Shown here: positions 63,263-64,000 of the stretch, piece after piece
Position numbering within the stretch: position 1 is the first letter of the stretch
Layout of the letters: each line of letters starts with the position of its first letter
From: Octopus bimaculoides
Taxonomy: Eukaryota
Direction of reading: 5' to 3'
Assembly: GCF_001194135.2 (NCBI RefSeq)
Contig: NC_068981.1
Coordinates: 157,271,320 to 157,335,319 of the forward strand
Length of the DNA: 64,000 nucleotides
The notes under the pieces: model-generated
What the model was told of the DNA's origin: nothing
Seen by the model: the letters and a program-made list of their open reading frames with translations, nothing else
The model's database searches: none
Made by a program: the position numbers and the translations under genes

Positions 63263-63645
63263 GGTAGTAGTATCAGTATTTGAGGTACCAATATCAGTAC
63301 TTTTGGTTCTGGTGTCAAAGAATGGAAAAGAAATGGAAATGGATGGAAAATATTTGAGAATAGTAAAAGGTACAAAAAACTGTTATGCAAAGTTTTATAA
63401 AAAAAGGTTTGTTTAATCTTTTTTGGTATTTGCTTTAATTTTTTTGAGTATATTTTTTAAAGAAATCATTGTGACCACACACATATGGATGCATACATAT
63501 ACTCACTCATGCATACATATAAACACATGCACATTCACACACATTACGTAATATATATTAGTGACAGAGGCAGTATTAATATCAAGAGGTAATACTTGTC
63601 CCCACTAAAACATGGATCTTCTATTAGAACAAACTATACTATAGT

Positions 63646-63873
63646 AGATACCATGAGAGAAACTTTCATATTGGCTTTTGGTGTAAAATACACTCTTGTT
63701 TATATCACTAGCAGTAGAGTATCCATCACTGACAAGACCAAGGAAGGTTGAAATCATGTAATATGGTGGTCTCAGCACTATTAGTGGCTGGGATTTAGCT
63801 CTCCATTAGTGATACAAACAAGAGTGCATTTTGTGACAAAAATGTTAATATGAGAGTTTCTCTCATGGTATCT
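63646..63873. mobile_element. Foldback/MITE with about 65-bp diverged TIRs
   Basis: AGATACCATGAGAGAAACT...ATCACTA at 63646-63710 versus its reverse complement at 63807-63873. Confidence 0.7.
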
Positions 63874-64000
63874 GTCACATTACATATTCATAGATATATG
63901 CATGCCTGCATATTCAAATATTAGCGCATGCATTCATATATGCATATATTTTCACATAAACATAATTGTAACCATTCATATACATGTGTGCTTATCTACA

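Noticed and set aside
62308-63416. Plus-strand ORFs (MSTFLVL)n and a CRISPR-like regular repeat
   Set aside because: Contiguous 21-bp units with no unique spacers and no cas genes, in a eukaryotic context; the plus-strand peptides are the antisense of the repeat.

Overview
AT-rich, repeat-dense animal genomic DNA with six N-gaps. The SINE, RTE and Helitron families and the density of (AAT)n/(CA)n tracts resemble octopus DNA; this is an inference, no search was run. Two spliced protein-coding genes lie tail-to-tail. (1) MON1, the Rab7 GEF subunit, is on the minus strand. I reconstructed it by hand as 7 coding exons (50551..19240, 1977 nt, 658 aa) with GT-AG introns whose phases all match. (2) An uncharacterised plus-strand gene enters from the left edge. 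Four phase-compatible exons (1-46, 5584-5977, 7791-7901, 14120-14392) give about 273 C-terminal residues. Introns and intergenic DNA contain several tRNA-derived SINE families, RTE, L1/Tx1 and R4/Dong-like LINE remnants, a truncated Gypsy element with its 5' LTR, Helitrons (two with PIF1 helicase remnants), Tc1/mariner remnants, and hAT, mariner and piggyBac-type MITEs with intact target-site duplications. There are also several long hairpins, a TTAGGG-like array between inverted repeats, and a 21-bp minisatellite that reads as a heptad peptide repeat behind a strong splice acceptor. No CRISPR array, rRNA or true tRNA gene is supported. Boundaries of decayed repeats are approximate.
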